64,000 nt of DNA from Fimicolochytrium jonesii (Eukaryota). Position 1 is the stretch's first letter; each line of letters begins with the position of its first letter. Below, in pieces: positions 13,175 to 24,912 of the stretch. The DNA is taken from assembly GCF_025526975.1 (NCBI RefSeq), contig NW_026515679.1, positions 248,001-312,000 on the forward strand, given 5' to 3'. The notes under the pieces are model-generated. The model searched no databases and was not told where the DNA came from. It worked only from the letters and a program-made list of their open reading frames with translations. The position numbers were made by a program, and so were the translations under genes.

Positions 13175-16100
13175 ATGCCTGCAAAGGCACGTTTAGAGTC
13201 GAAGTTGTCAAAGCAGACACAACTGTTTGGCCACAAAGTCAAGGAGGGCCCGAAGAAGAAAGCCGGGAAAGGGAAGAATTCAGACGAGGCAGCGAAGTTC
13301 ACCGCGAAGGAGTACGCACAACGGTGGTAGTCCTGTTATCCCTGAATTTGTCCTAACTTTGGCTTGCACAGTTTCACGGTCCTTGTCAAGAACGTTTCAA
13401 GTGGCCTGGCAGAGGTACAAGGGCGCTCGCAGTGTCAGCCTGCTGATTTGACGGAAGCTAACCCTCATGTTTGCATGAAGGCGAAGCATGAACAAGATTA
13501 CCCCGTCGTACGAACCTTCTTCTCCGCAGCTTGTCGGTGGCTGGAAACGCCGACGGCAGAAGCGAATCCAGTCATCGGGGATGCCATTCTGAAGATCATC
13601 AAGAGTGTTTTCCCTCCCGCGGCGAAGCCGCCCTACGATGACTATATCACTGAATATAGTCTGAACTGTCTGTCGCAAGCGGTTGAAGACGGCAGGCTGG
13701 AAAAGGATGTTGTGGGCGAGCAGATGATATCTTGCCTCTTTGACATCTTGCGGACGGGCGACTGTTCTACTGCCAGGAGGCTACAGATACTGTCTACGCT
13801 GATTCAGTTACTGACGAAAAGCAACAAAAACAAAGCGCTGATCAACGCGGATGCGTTCCTTCCGAGACTGAAAGCCCTGGCTGCATTGATGCGACAAGCT
13901 GGTGATGTAGAGTCTCAAATCAGCATCATGCAAATTCTTTTCCGACTGTTGCCAAAGTCGAGCGCCGGACGAGTCAACTTTGCCCATGCTCTCGGTTTGC
14001 CAGAGAGGCTTGCGGAGATTTGCGGAGATCACTTTCATGAGGTACGTCTGAGAGCTTCTTATGTTCAATATTGGAGAATGTACCTAAATTAAAACATGGA
14101 AAACTACCAGGATGTGAGATCCTTTCTGAAGCTCATCAACTCTGGCAATGACGGCCTTTCGAAGTGCCCAGTTTTCTACAAAGTCCGCGAAATCCACTGT
14201 CTGATCACCGGTCACTTGGCTCCCACAAAGGTATGTCATCAGCTAGACCGGCTATCAGGACGAACGTAGCTTATGATTGTCTTGGTCCTTTCTATCAGCT
14301 GAAGATCCCCGAAGGGCTGGATACATTTTGGCTGGACTTCGATGTCGATGGGATATCCACGGAGGTCGCCGATCCAGATGTAAGGAGAGTGTTTGCATGC
14401 GAGCCTGAGAGCGGTATGCTAATTATCTAATGCTAGGAGGGCGAGACGATCTCGTTGCATATTAGCTATGAGAAACTGAGTGACTGGAGGATTGAAGAGG
14501 AGCCAGGTACATATGCGACAAATTCTAGACGGTCAGAAACACAGCTGATTTCCGTCTCGCAACGGTCGACTCAGGGGGCTACAAGCTCTTCTTGGCTCTG
14601 AAGGAACCCGTCATCATTGCTGGTCCAGATGGATCACAGCAGGATGATCCTCCAACAACAAACAAGCTTACAGTCTTGATAGAGGACGATCCGGCGGCCT
14701 CTGCAATCGGTGGGTTTCCCTCTCCGATTCATTGTAATTCACATACGTGTCTGAGTTCTGAACGTATGCCTCCGTAGACGAGAGTGTCGGACGCATCCTG
14801 AAAGGCCGGGACGTGGTATGTTTCGATCTCTTTGCGTTACCCAGGGCACAACTCACCGCATTATACTGAAAGCCTGAAGCTCGTGTGAAATGGTCCGTGC
14901 CTCAAATGGAGAGACCACCACTTCGCGTCGAAAAAGCAAGGGTTGCGGCGGATGTCACAATGGAGAAAACTCCTGCTGAACTCGCCGCGGACGAAGTTCC
15001 GCCATCCACACCGAAAGCTGTTGCGAAGAGTTTTGTTTCTGAAAGCTCCTTCACTTTCAGTTCATCAAGTTCTGCTCAAACGCCGGAACCTATGAAAGCG
15101 AAGGTTGTGCTGGATTGGGAGGTTGAAATTGAGCCAGTTGCGAAGAGCGGCCGGGTGCTCGTTTCCGCAAAGAAGCCAGTACAGTCAGCGGAGCCCGTGA
15201 CACCTGCAAAACTGGTTTCGGCTATGCGAACCGTCTCCGCGAAGAAGATAGTACAGTTACCGGACGATGCGGCGCCTCGAGATTCAGCTGTGGCCATCCG
15301 AAAAAATACGAAGGAAGGACGCATCAAACCGATCTCGGTGCGTTTGACGGTATATCCATGCGTACTCGACCTGCCTTCATGTACTGAGACCTTCTTCATT
15401 TCAGCTGAAGTCAGACTCCTCTTCTTCCGGTGAGACGTCGCGATACATGGATGTTTGCCACCAGAGTGTAAGACTTGACTAGCGAGCGCATGTCAACTTA
15501 AACCCCAGGTTCCGACATTTGCGAGCACGATGAGACGCTGGTTGCCCCGAACAGCGATAAAGCGGTCTCGGCGAAAAAGGGAGGACTGCAATGGGCTCTG
15601 GAGCAATATCGAGCCAAGAAGAAATTGTCCGATCAGAGTCATGGCACTTCCGCTATCAAGACGCCTTCGAAGCCGATGGTCATGACCGATTTGTTTGATC
15701 GCCGAGAAAGGAGTACAGGGCGTCGCGACCCTGATGAGACTATGTTGATTTCAGCGAGTCCATTCATAACTCCGGGTGCCAAGGAGCGCAAGAGCCTTTT
15801 GGAACGCGTTCGAACGGGTCTGTGTACCCCTCACGCCGAGCATGATTAGACAGGATATTCATTGACACATTGCCTCTCAGAGCGCCAAACTGTGGATGAG
15901 ACATTTACGGAGAAGGGAAAGTCATCCGCAAAGCGCGGTCGGAAAGGTCTGTCACAAGGGTCTCGTTGCTCTCGCCTAACAACAGCAATTCATTTCCTAC
16001 CCAGCCCTCGAGGTCGACGATGAATGTGGATCGGAACTGGAAATGCCAGGTGCTTCAAACACGGAGACCGATGAGGAGTACAACCCTGGGAAGCGTAGAA

Positions 16101-17204
16101 AGCTCGCTATCAAGAATACAAAGGCGCTCTCTTCAGCTGTGAAGCAACCTCGCCTAGGTAATGTCCCGACGTTTTGTCTTCGACTTCACTCAATCCACTT
16201 TGCTAACATACTGGTTGTTCAATGAAGCCATCGAGGACGTGGCAGCATCGGTCAAAAGATTTACCTCCTCAATCAAGAAACGCGGCCCTGCTTCGAGCAC
16301 AAAGGCAAAGGACCGCGCCGTCACTCTCGAATCCCTCGCCCGACAATTCCTGCCTTCATCTGACGAAGAGTTTGAATCCGATGAAGAACAGCCACAACCT
16401 ACACGGACACCCTCCCGTGCAGTGTCGACGCGCCCAGTGTCCAGCCGCCGAGTGCCCCGCTATGAGGAGATTGGAGCTTACATTTCCCCGCAAGTCCCGC
16501 AGCCTCATGTGCCTCATCCTGTGGAAGCCGGACATGTGATTATGGAGATTCCTACTGGAGATACCACCAATGTCGACATCAAGGGGGTTTCTGACATCTT
16601 TGGGGAGATTGGACAGGTTGGTATCTTTTGAGATTAGGGGAATGAGGGGGACGGAGCTTAGCATGGTCTGATTTCCGTTCCACAGATATACGAAGCAAAA
16701 CTGAGAAGCAAGGCCATCTACATCGACCAGAAGCTGGCGCGCGCGCTCTCGCGAATGACAAAAGATATCACGCTCGTGAACGAGGCTGTGTTCGCTGGGT
16801 AAGAGTTACCCGTCTTCTCCCATTTCTTCGATAGTGGCACATCTTACCCTTGCCTCCCCATCAGAGAGGAACGCGTCAAAGCGCACAACGAATACATCCA
16901 AGCCGCGGCCGAGGACTTGAAGAAGGGCATTCAAAAGATCAGCAATGCGATGGAGAAGACTCAGGTAACGGCGGAAACTGTGGCATCCCCACATGGGCGA
17001 AATCGCATTGACATTGTTTCACCCCAGCTTGCAAGCATGGCGTTATTGGACTCTGCCCTAGAGACCCCTGACGTCCTTTCTGATGACGGGGCGGCGTCAA
17101 GCGCAGAGGAGAGTGCGAGCGATGATGAGAGCGTTGATGTAAGTTGGCTCAACCCCTCCATCGGAGATGTTGTGAAAGCCCCCTCATCCATCCTACACAA
17201 CTAG
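13175..17204 (+). CDS. SYCP2/Red1/Rec10-like meiotic chromosome axis protein, many exons
   Basis: The spliced peptide LMRQAGDVESQISIMQILFRL...DHFHEDVRSFLKLINS...LKIPEGLDTFWLDFD resembles the SYCP2 N-terminal ARM-like plus Spt16M-like region as I recall it (AGDYDLQVGIVEALCR..FETDCRIFLNLVN..EEFWIDFN). A long S/T/P/K-rich disordered middle and a C-terminal helical/coiled-coil region follow. Confidence 0.7.
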
Positions 17205-17760
17205 CACCGAAGCCACCGCAAGCGCACAAAGCTCTCGTAATCTGGATGGATATCTATTGGACCCTATTACGTTCTCCTACTTTCTATTCGGCGTTCCTTT
17301 GTTTTCTCTTCTGTTTTCGCTCCCGAGTGTCTTTCGGCGCCATGGGTATCCGATTCATTTCTGTTGCGTAGATTTGCTTTTATGGATTAGCGTGCATTTT
17401 CACCGCTTCCTTGATTCGTTCTTTCTGAGTTTCCTTTGAATAGACATCACATATTCCATAAACGCCCGGTTTCTCTTTGACGTTCTGAAAACCAAAAAAT
17501 ATACGCCGACCTATTACTTACTGTACATCCCAAAACTTCGTCTCGATCAACAGTGAGCCCGATCACCATCAGCGTAACCAACAGCGATAACCAAAACTGT
17601 ACCAACCCAAAAAAAAACAACGTATACAGACACGGACAAAATAACTACAACGAGTATCACGTGACCCCACGCAACTATCACAAAGGAATCAGCTCTGCAG
17701 ACGACGACCGCCTCGAATTCGCAGAAGGATCAGTCTCAAAGCAAGTCGAAAAACACCAAT

Positions 17761-18787
17761 ATGCCAGCAGCCACAGTCATGGAAGACCACGAGCAGACCG
17801 ACTCTCCACTATCGCCTGTGGCCAACCCCGCTTTCGGCATGCCCTCCCCTGCCGCGCCATGCCCACCGAAGCGGCCTGAGGATGTGAGTATTGAGGACTG
17901 GTTGAAGGGTGGGAATTGGAGGGACAGCGGCTGTGTGTTTCACTTGAGAGTGCAGGAGAGAGGGACTGTCGACTGGAGGAATGAGAGGAGGTTGAAATGC
18001 CGGGCTGGGAATTGCGGCGGTTTCGTGGAAGCGCACATGGATCTGCTGGTTGAATCTGCTGCGAAAGCTGGTTGGCGTTCTGGAACATGCTCTATCTGTC
18101 CAACATCTAACCCTGCCGCTTTCTCTTCAGATCCACCGCATCGTCGAAACCGTCGACCGCTACAACCCCCAAAACATCCCCGTCCTGGAAACCTACGTGG
18201 AAGACATGCTCCAAAACGACGCCTACGACCGCGACGCCTGCCTCGCCGTGCTCAAACTCTACCAATTCAACCCCACCTACTCCAACACTGCCATCGTCTG
18301 CAACATCCTCGCCCTCGCCCTGTGTGCCCTGCCCGACCCAGATTTCAACCTCTGCCTCTACATGCTCAACGAGGGCGTGCTGAACGAACCCGATGTCGAT
18401 GCGCTGGTGCAGCTGCACAGGCTGCTGGAGCAGGCCAAGTTTGTCGAGTTCTGGACGTACCTGAACGGCGGCGAGTCCCCCGCCAAGGAGCTGGTTGCGC
18501 CGTACGAGCATTTTGAGAAGAGGATCAGGGATTATGTGTCGGTGACGCTCGGGATCGCGTACCAGGTCATTGATAAGGCCTCGTTGGGCCGCTCGTTGAA
18601 CTTGCAGGGTGCTGCGCTGGACAAGTGGATTGCAGAGAAGGGCTGGACTGCGGACGCGAATGGTGATGCTAAATTGGTGGCGTTCCCGATTACGGCGGAG
18701 AACCAGGTTAGGCCTGCGGTGTTGCAGGAGAGCATCAAGTTTGAGCACCTGACCAAGATCATCGGATACGGTCGCCTGAACCAGTGA
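17761..18787 (+). CDS. EIF3K: Eukaryotic translation initiation factor 3 subunit K
   Basis: KRPED|IHRIVETVDRYNPQNIPVLETYV..YDRDACLAVLKLYQFNP..ALCALPDPDFNLCL. Intron ~17884-18130. Confidence 0.93.
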
Positions 18788-19365
18788 AGCAAACGGCTTA
18801 AGTTAGCGATGGAGGCAGGGATGGAAGGGGAGGGGCAAGAAGGAATCCGCCACCCTGCGATCTGTCTCCGCTTCGTGGCTTGGTGTTAGACCATTGGCCG
18901 CGCTGGTTCCTGTAGAGAGAGATAGACGGCGGGATGTAGAGTATGTATCTTTGCATGAGATCTCTTCATACGGAACGTAGCTAGTCCTTTGCGGATGGGA
19001 ACCATCGCATGGAAAGGCGAGTCTGCGGAATCTCCAAGCCCTCAGCACCCGCCTTTGTCACACTCTGAGCAACGCGATGAGGGGAGGGGTATGCATTGAT
19101 TTCTGTAAAATACAATCGTCTTACTTATACATATATATCTTCATCGGACCCAAAACGCCGTCGCCTCTATCACATCGTCGTACGGTCGAGGTGAGCACTC
19201 TGAGTGTGATAGAATGCATACGCACGGCTCTTTGTAACTCTATGTCACGCAAAACCCCCCCAACCCAACCCACGCCGCTGCCCTGTGCAGACCCTGACGC
19301 TGCAAAACCCAAAACTCCCCTCCCGGCATGTCGCCCCAGACCGCCTCAGTCCAAGACGGAAAACT

Positions 19366-21414
19366 TCAACCAGATCCCCTGCGTCCTTCTCCCGAATCCC
19401 ACACCGGGTACAACGTGTCAATTTCCTCCAAACCCGCAATCAGCGTTTCGAGCTGGTCGGGCGATGCGAGGAGTTGCAGTTGTTGTGATTTTGAGGCACG
19501 GGACTGTGTGAGGAGGGTTTTGTGTTGTTGCCTGAGATGTATAGCAAAGGGGGAGGGTAATAAGAAAATGTGGTGTGAGTGTTTTTCGCCCCATACCCAC
19601 ATATACAGCCAACCACCGGGCACACACTCCTCCGACGTGGCCCTACTCACCGCAGAAACTTGACCAACCCGCCAGCCTCCCCCCTCGGGATCCAATTCCA
19701 GCTCGGATGAAAATCCGGCAGACCGTGTCCCTCGACGATCTCCAGCGGCGGCGGGGTGCTTGCGTCGGTGGGTTTGCTGTCGGCGGGTATGGGAGGCCAG
19801 AGCGGCCCGCAGATGTAGATCCGGGTTTCGTGGAGGGGGAAGAACCAGTACACGTTCGCCTACGCGATGAGAAAAAGAGTTCCGTTGTGAGTGGGGGTGG
19901 AGGAAGAAACGAAAGGGAAGGGGTGAGATGTCCCCCCCTCACCTGCGCGTCTCTCCCCAGCGGGCTGACACTGGGCAGCACCGCGTAGGACTGAACAAGC
20001 AACGGCTTCAGCCTCTCCAGCGCATCCCGGATCATCTTATCCTGCCTCGCCGTGTTCTTCGCCACCGGTTTGATCCCCTTCCCAGGCGCCATGGCCTGGA
20101 GTTTATCCGCGCGCGCCTTCTCAATGCTCGCCTGAACGGCCCGTATCCGGCGCAAGGTCTCCGTATGTTCCTTGCTCGCGTCGTCGACGGCCGCTCGGAT
20201 GAGATCTAGGCATGTTGTTTGGAAGAGGGCGACGAGGGTGTGGATACCCGTGAGACGGACGATGAAGGGGACGATTTCGACCGAGTTGCCTGTGCGGAGG
20301 GTCCGAAGGGATTGGAGCTCGTCTTCCCATGCTACGATCTCCCTCACGCACGCGTATGCGTCGGGTCCAGCGGCAGGACTTGACGCGTTTGCAAGTAGGT
20401 CAGCGACAACGCTCCACTTCGCCGTCGTCCGCCGCGTTCCCGTCCCACTGTTAGGGTCATACTTCACCCCAGCCAACCCACCCCTGACTCCGGACACATC
20501 CAGTAAAGCCGTGACGATCTCCGTGCAATGGGCGCCGTGCCATTCGGGTTCGCGCAAGGCATCGATGACAGGTTGGGAGAGTTTGAGAAGCCGGGAGAAG
20601 CGGTGGAGGAATTGTTGGACTTCGAGGAACATGAGGAAGACGGCGGGTGGGAAGTGGACGTCGAGGGGGTAGGTGGAGGGTGGGGCGATTATTGGGATGG
20701 GCTTTTTTTTGCGTGGGGCGGGGGGCTTCTTGGATTTCGTAAGTTTGGAATCAAGTTTGCCGGTGGTCTTGCTCTTGCCCGTAGCAGCACCTTTCCCTTT
20801 AGAACTACCAGCAACCTTTTTGACTTCCTTCTTGGAGTCCTTCTTTGCCGTTGACTCCGCCTTCTCAGTTGTTTTCCCATTCACGCGTTTGGCGACGGCC
20901 TTTTTGGTCTTTCCTGCTTTGTCGCCCGCTTTTTCTCCTGACTTTCCGTTCAATGCTCTCGCTTCAGAGTCGGCGTTCTCAGACGCGCCGGGACTCGACT
21001 CATCCCCAGCGTTCGACGTTTTCCGCCGCTTCGACGGAGGTGCATTCTCTCCATTCACACCTGCCGCGGAGCTCCTCCCCCGAGATCCCGTGGGCGGTAA
21101 AACGACACAACGCACACGGCCATCGTTGTTCACGTTGAACTTGCGAGCTGACTCTAGAAATCCGACTGGTCGGGTCGTTGTTCTTGCGCGGTCCCTCTTC
21201 CCGTTTCCTTGGGGTGTGGCGGACCCGGCGGGAGGCGACATGGTTGGTGGAAGAGTATCGTTTCGAAAGGGGCTGTCGATCTGGGAGGTTGGAAAACGAG
21301 TTCACAGCGAAGAAGTTTAGAAGCTGCGCAAAAAGAGAAAAGAGTCCGCCAGGAAACCGGACATACCTCAACCCACACTGTTTCCTGCGGCTCTTCCGTT
21401 TCGCGGGTGTCCAT
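19366..21414 (-). CDS. Putative DDT/WHIM (WSD)-type chromatin-associated protein
   Basis: A K-rich NLS-like N-terminal region, a DDT-like helix FLEVQQFLHRFSRLLKL, and the WHIM2-like motif PLGRDAQ|..YWFF. ATG at 21414 joins the main ORF through a gtatgt..cag intron (WVE|IDSPF). Confidence 0.5.
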
Positions 21415-22006
21415 GGCCTAGCGGAGAGACGCAGGCACAAGCAGACCCTTTCTAGGCGAGCCGCAAGAACGGAGGAACACGTACACGGAGACAGCGATGG
21501 GGTTGGTGGAGGCGACGGACTACATATACAACAGTCTTCACGGCGACGTGGTCTGAATAAGCCGTGCTCCTGTTTCTGCGAGAGGCCAACGAGGTGCCGG
21601 CCGGACATGGACAACAAACAATAGCAGAGTGACGGACGCGCGCGACTCGCTAATGACGCGGTGGCTGTGCATCCACTCATAGAGTCATAGTGGCCTGTCA
21701 TTCGATCGAGGTCCCACTCCGCATTCACAATGAACACTCCTTGCACACTCCCTGGACACTCCCCTCCCGATGCTGCCACAAGAACACTCGGAACAGGTGT
21801 TAGACGGCATGTACAAGTAGTGATCACATCAACCAGAACCCTCGCAGGTCGACTTCTGGTCAGCATGGATAGCCCGTCCATCTCCTCACATTTTCCGGAA
21901 GAACCTTGCGAAAAAGGTAATGATTGAAACTGACAGCCTCCCCGTTACCATCCGAGAACTCCATCTTGAGACCAAAACTCACACCCCCTTCTCCAAATCC
22001 AGAACC

Positions 22007-23020
22007 ATGACCGCCGCAACGACCGCCACCGCCGCCGCCCGTGCCTGGCAATACCGCAGCACGTCCGGAGGTCTCGAAAAGAACCTGACCCTGGCCTCAG
22101 TGACCCCACCAGTCCCCAAACCCACGGAACACCTCGTCCGCGTCCTCTATTGCGCCCTCAACCCCGTCGACTACAAGCCCGCCGAGATCCCTCTCGTCGG
22201 CCGCGCGCTGGTCAGCTACCCAGCGACCCCCGGCGTCGATTTCGCGGGCCGTATCGTCAAGCCTGCTGAAGGGTCGGATCTGAAAGAAGGGGATCTCGTG
22301 TTTGGCGGCGTCGGCGACAAGCCGTTCGCGGCCGGTGGACTGGCGGATTACGCCACTGCTAATCCGGACCGTGTCGCGCGGGTTCCTGAGGGCGTGGATC
22401 CCAAGGACGCAGCGACCGTGTGCGTTGCTGGGCTGACCGCCTACAACACCATCGTGCCGTTCGTCAAGGAAGGGGACGAGGTGCTCATCAACGGCGGCAC
22501 TGGCGGGTGTGGCGTGTTTGGGATCCAGATCGCGAAAGCGAAGGGGTGCAGGGTGACGGCCACCTGCTCCACGAAGAATGTGGAGTTTGTGAAGGAGCTG
22601 GGGACGGATCATGTCATCGACTACACCAAGGGTGATCTGGTCAAGCGGTTGAAGGATACTGGGAAGCAGTACGACCATTTCGTCGATAACGTCGGCTCGG
22701 ACTCCAACCTCTACTGGCAGTGCCACGAATTCACCAAGCCGGGAGCCCTCTACATGTCAGTCGGTGCGGAGCCCTCCCTCGGGATCGTGGGGAGCATGCT
22801 CAAGAAGTGGGTCATGCCAAAGAAGCGCGAGTTCCGAGGCTTCTTCCTGAAACCCAAGCGCGAGGATCTGGAGCAGATGGGCGCTTGGATGAAGGAAGGT
22901 AAAGTGAGGACGGTCATCGACAGTCAGTTCAAGATGGAGGACGCCCCGAAGGCGTTTGAGAGGTTGAAGACCAAGAGGGCTACCGGGAAGATCGTGGTGG
23001 AGGTCGCTCACCAGGCGTAG
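22007..23020 (+). CDS. NADPH-dependent medium-chain reductase (quinone reductase/RTN4IP1/YIM1-like), intronless
   Basis: Motifs ALNPVDYK, PGVDFAG, AGLTAY, VLINGGTGGCGVFGIQIAKA, VIDYT and RATGKIVV. The catalytic Zn ligands are absent. Confidence 0.93.
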   Translation: MTAATTATAAARAWQYRSTSGGLEKNLTLASVTPPVPKPTEHLVRVLYCALNPVDYKPAEIPLVGRALVSYPATPGVDFAGRIVKPAEGSDLKEGDLVFGGVGDKPFAAGGLADYATANPDRVARVPEGVDPKDAATVCVAGLTAYNTIVPFVKEGDEVLINGGTGGCGVFGIQIAKAKGCRVTATCSTKNVEFVKELGTDHVIDYTKGDLVKRLKDTGKQYDHFVDNVGSDSNLYWQCHEFTKPGALYMSVGAEPSLGIVGSMLKKWVMPKKREFRGFFLKPKREDLEQMGAWMKEGKVRTVIDSQFKMEDAPKAFERLKTKRATGKIVVEVAHQA

Positions 23021-23777
23021 ATCATATAGCGTAACACATTAGCATAATTCGTAGTAACAGCAAATGGGCAAAAAATGTACAGTCTAATCGTTCTCGCAAA
23101 TGTATATGGCACAGTAATCACACAAGTCTTTGAGAGTGCACGGAGTTTGAGCATTCCGTGAGCATACATTGAGCACTTTCGGCTTCAAGCAATGTCTTGG
23201 AAAGGAAAGTTACAGAGACCGAATGGAAGCATTCAATTCATCTCACATCCGCCAACGAGGATACGAACAACCATAATCGACCGAATACACATTTCTTCTT
23301 CAACCACAATCCGCACAATCGATTCAGAGCCCTCTTGCGTATATTGAAGGCCTGCATTAGGGTTATCTTCACTGCATGAGTAATCTGACTGGTGCCAGCT
23401 AAGAGTCTCATCTTTAGCGATTGCGGATGTGGTTTCACATATGTCTCATATACGGTTGACGCTCTCACGCAGCGGCGAAGCCCGCACAGGTTTCGGTCAG
23501 TCAGTCGGTCATTCGTGAGCGAAGATGTGCTCAGTGGCGGATTGACTGAGTGAAGGAGAGGAATGTGCGAGCTGATGCGATAGGAGAGCGGGCGTGCTGT
23601 GTTGCCTGATCCATAATGCTCCTGTGTTTGGCTCTCTGTGTTTGGCAGATACCGTTGCTGCCCTTCCTCGACAACCATTTTATACCCTTGACGATCTAAG
23701 CCACATGGCTTAGACATTCCCAAGCACGTGACCTTTCAGATGCGTTCCGCACATTTTTTTCGCCAGGGCCACCGGAG

Positions 23778-23784
23778 TATAAAA
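23778..23784 (+). promoter_or_regulatory. TATA box of the snoRNA host transcript
   Basis: TATAAAA followed by a pyrimidine-rich leader and the first donor site at 23940. CACGTGAC lies upstream at 23725. Confidence 0.55.
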
Positions 23785-23989
23785 CAGAGCCCGCTCTCTC
23801 GTCTTCCCTTCAACTCCAAATCCAAGTCGAATCCGCTCAGCTTCCTGTGAACGACCCCGCCGACCATGGCACAATCACATTCCCCATATCGCTAGCGCAT
23901 CCCCACCCACCACTTCACCCGCTCCGCCTCTTGAAAATGGTAAGTCTCCCCACCCCTTCCCCGTCGATAGCTCCCCGCTCCCCCTCTTT

Positions 23990-24092
23990 GAAGGATGATC
24001 CAAGGCATTTGGTTGTACGGGCCCCCCGGGTTTCCTGGGGAAGTCTGGATGATAGTAAAAACCTGAGCTACCTTATTACTTCGTTTCTGACA
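23990..24092 (+). ncRNA. snR13: Box C/D snoRNA, snR13-like (LSU rRNA Am2280/Am2281-equivalent guide)
   Basis: Box C AGGATGA at 23992, C' TGGATGA at 24046, box D CTGA at 24087. Two elements, AGGCATTTGG (24003) and GCTACCTTA (24067), are complementary to adjacent parts of LSU UAAGGUAGCCAAAUGCCU. The 3' part (AAAAAC..AGCTACCTT..TTACTT..TCTGAC) mirrors yeast snR13 as recalled. Confidence 0.8.
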
Positions 24093-24459
24093 CTATACGA
24101 TGGGGCGAGAACGGGATATGGTTGGGCTGCGAAGGAAGGCGATTGGTGTTGACGGACTTTTGCTTATCGTTTTCTCGTTTCGATTGTTCAGGTTTCCCAG
24201 GCAGGACTGCTCGATACCGCATCAGTCTTCTACACTGCCGCTACACTGCCGCGACAGCAAGGTGCTCGCTTCGGTCTGAGAAATGTGTTGCAACAACCCT
24301 CCATGGCCCAACCGATCATACTTGATCAGTTCCACGCAGCGTTGTTGTCCCCACGCATCTCAACGACCACGGCCATCCTTCGCCTCAAGACCCATTGCTC
24401 ACCGTCACCGAAAGAAAGTAAGTACCATCACTCGTCCGTCAGGACAAGTCAGGGACAGT

Positions 24460-24554
24460 TAGCAGTGATGAAACCCATGATAGGGACAGCTTAGTCGTCC
24501 ATAATCTCGGTCGAATACGATGCTGATTTATCAGGGTGAACAATTTCTGAGCTA
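24460..24554 (+). ncRNA. Box C/D snoRNA, dual guide for LSU Cm2337- and Um2921-equivalent sites
   Basis: TAGC/GCTA terminal stem, box C GTGATGA at 24465, box D CTGA at 24547. GATAGGGACAG (24479-89) before D' CTTA pairs with LSU CUGUCCCUAUC. GGGTGAACAAT (24534-44) before box D pairs with the A-loop AUUGUUCACCC. Confidence 0.85.
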
Positions 24555-24820
24555 CATCCCCTCTTCCCTTTGTGGTGCTCCCGTTTGAGAAGTTTGAATG
24601 AGCGGGATATCTTGCGATATTTTTCGTTCTGTACTTTCGCTTCTTCAAAGGTTTCATGCGTGGGCACTATGTAACGCACAAGGCGTCGTTTTGGGGTCAC
24701 TCGGTGTCAAAAGGACATCGTGGGACTCGCCTTTCCCTCAGAGCTTCTCCTCATCCTCTCCGGGTACAGCACATGTTGCTGTCCGCCGCACAGCTTGAAT
24801 GGGTCAACCGCAACCTGAAC

Positions 24821-24912
24821 GGGTTCTCAATGATTATTCGTACCATTTCCAACTCTCTTCGAGAGTATGCGGATGAAAAATACAACACTCTAATTTTTTC
24901 ATGAGAGAACCC
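24821..24912 (+). ncRNA. Box C/D snoRNA with a long 18S rRNA antisense element
   Basis: Perfect 8-bp terminal stem GGGTTCTC/GAGAACCC. Box C variant ATGATTA, C' CGGATGA, box D variant ATGA, and an internal ACTCTC-TTCG-GAGAGT-type hairpin. AACACTCTAATTTTTTC (24884-24900) is complementary to 18S GAAAAAAUUAGAGUGUU. Confidence 0.75.
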
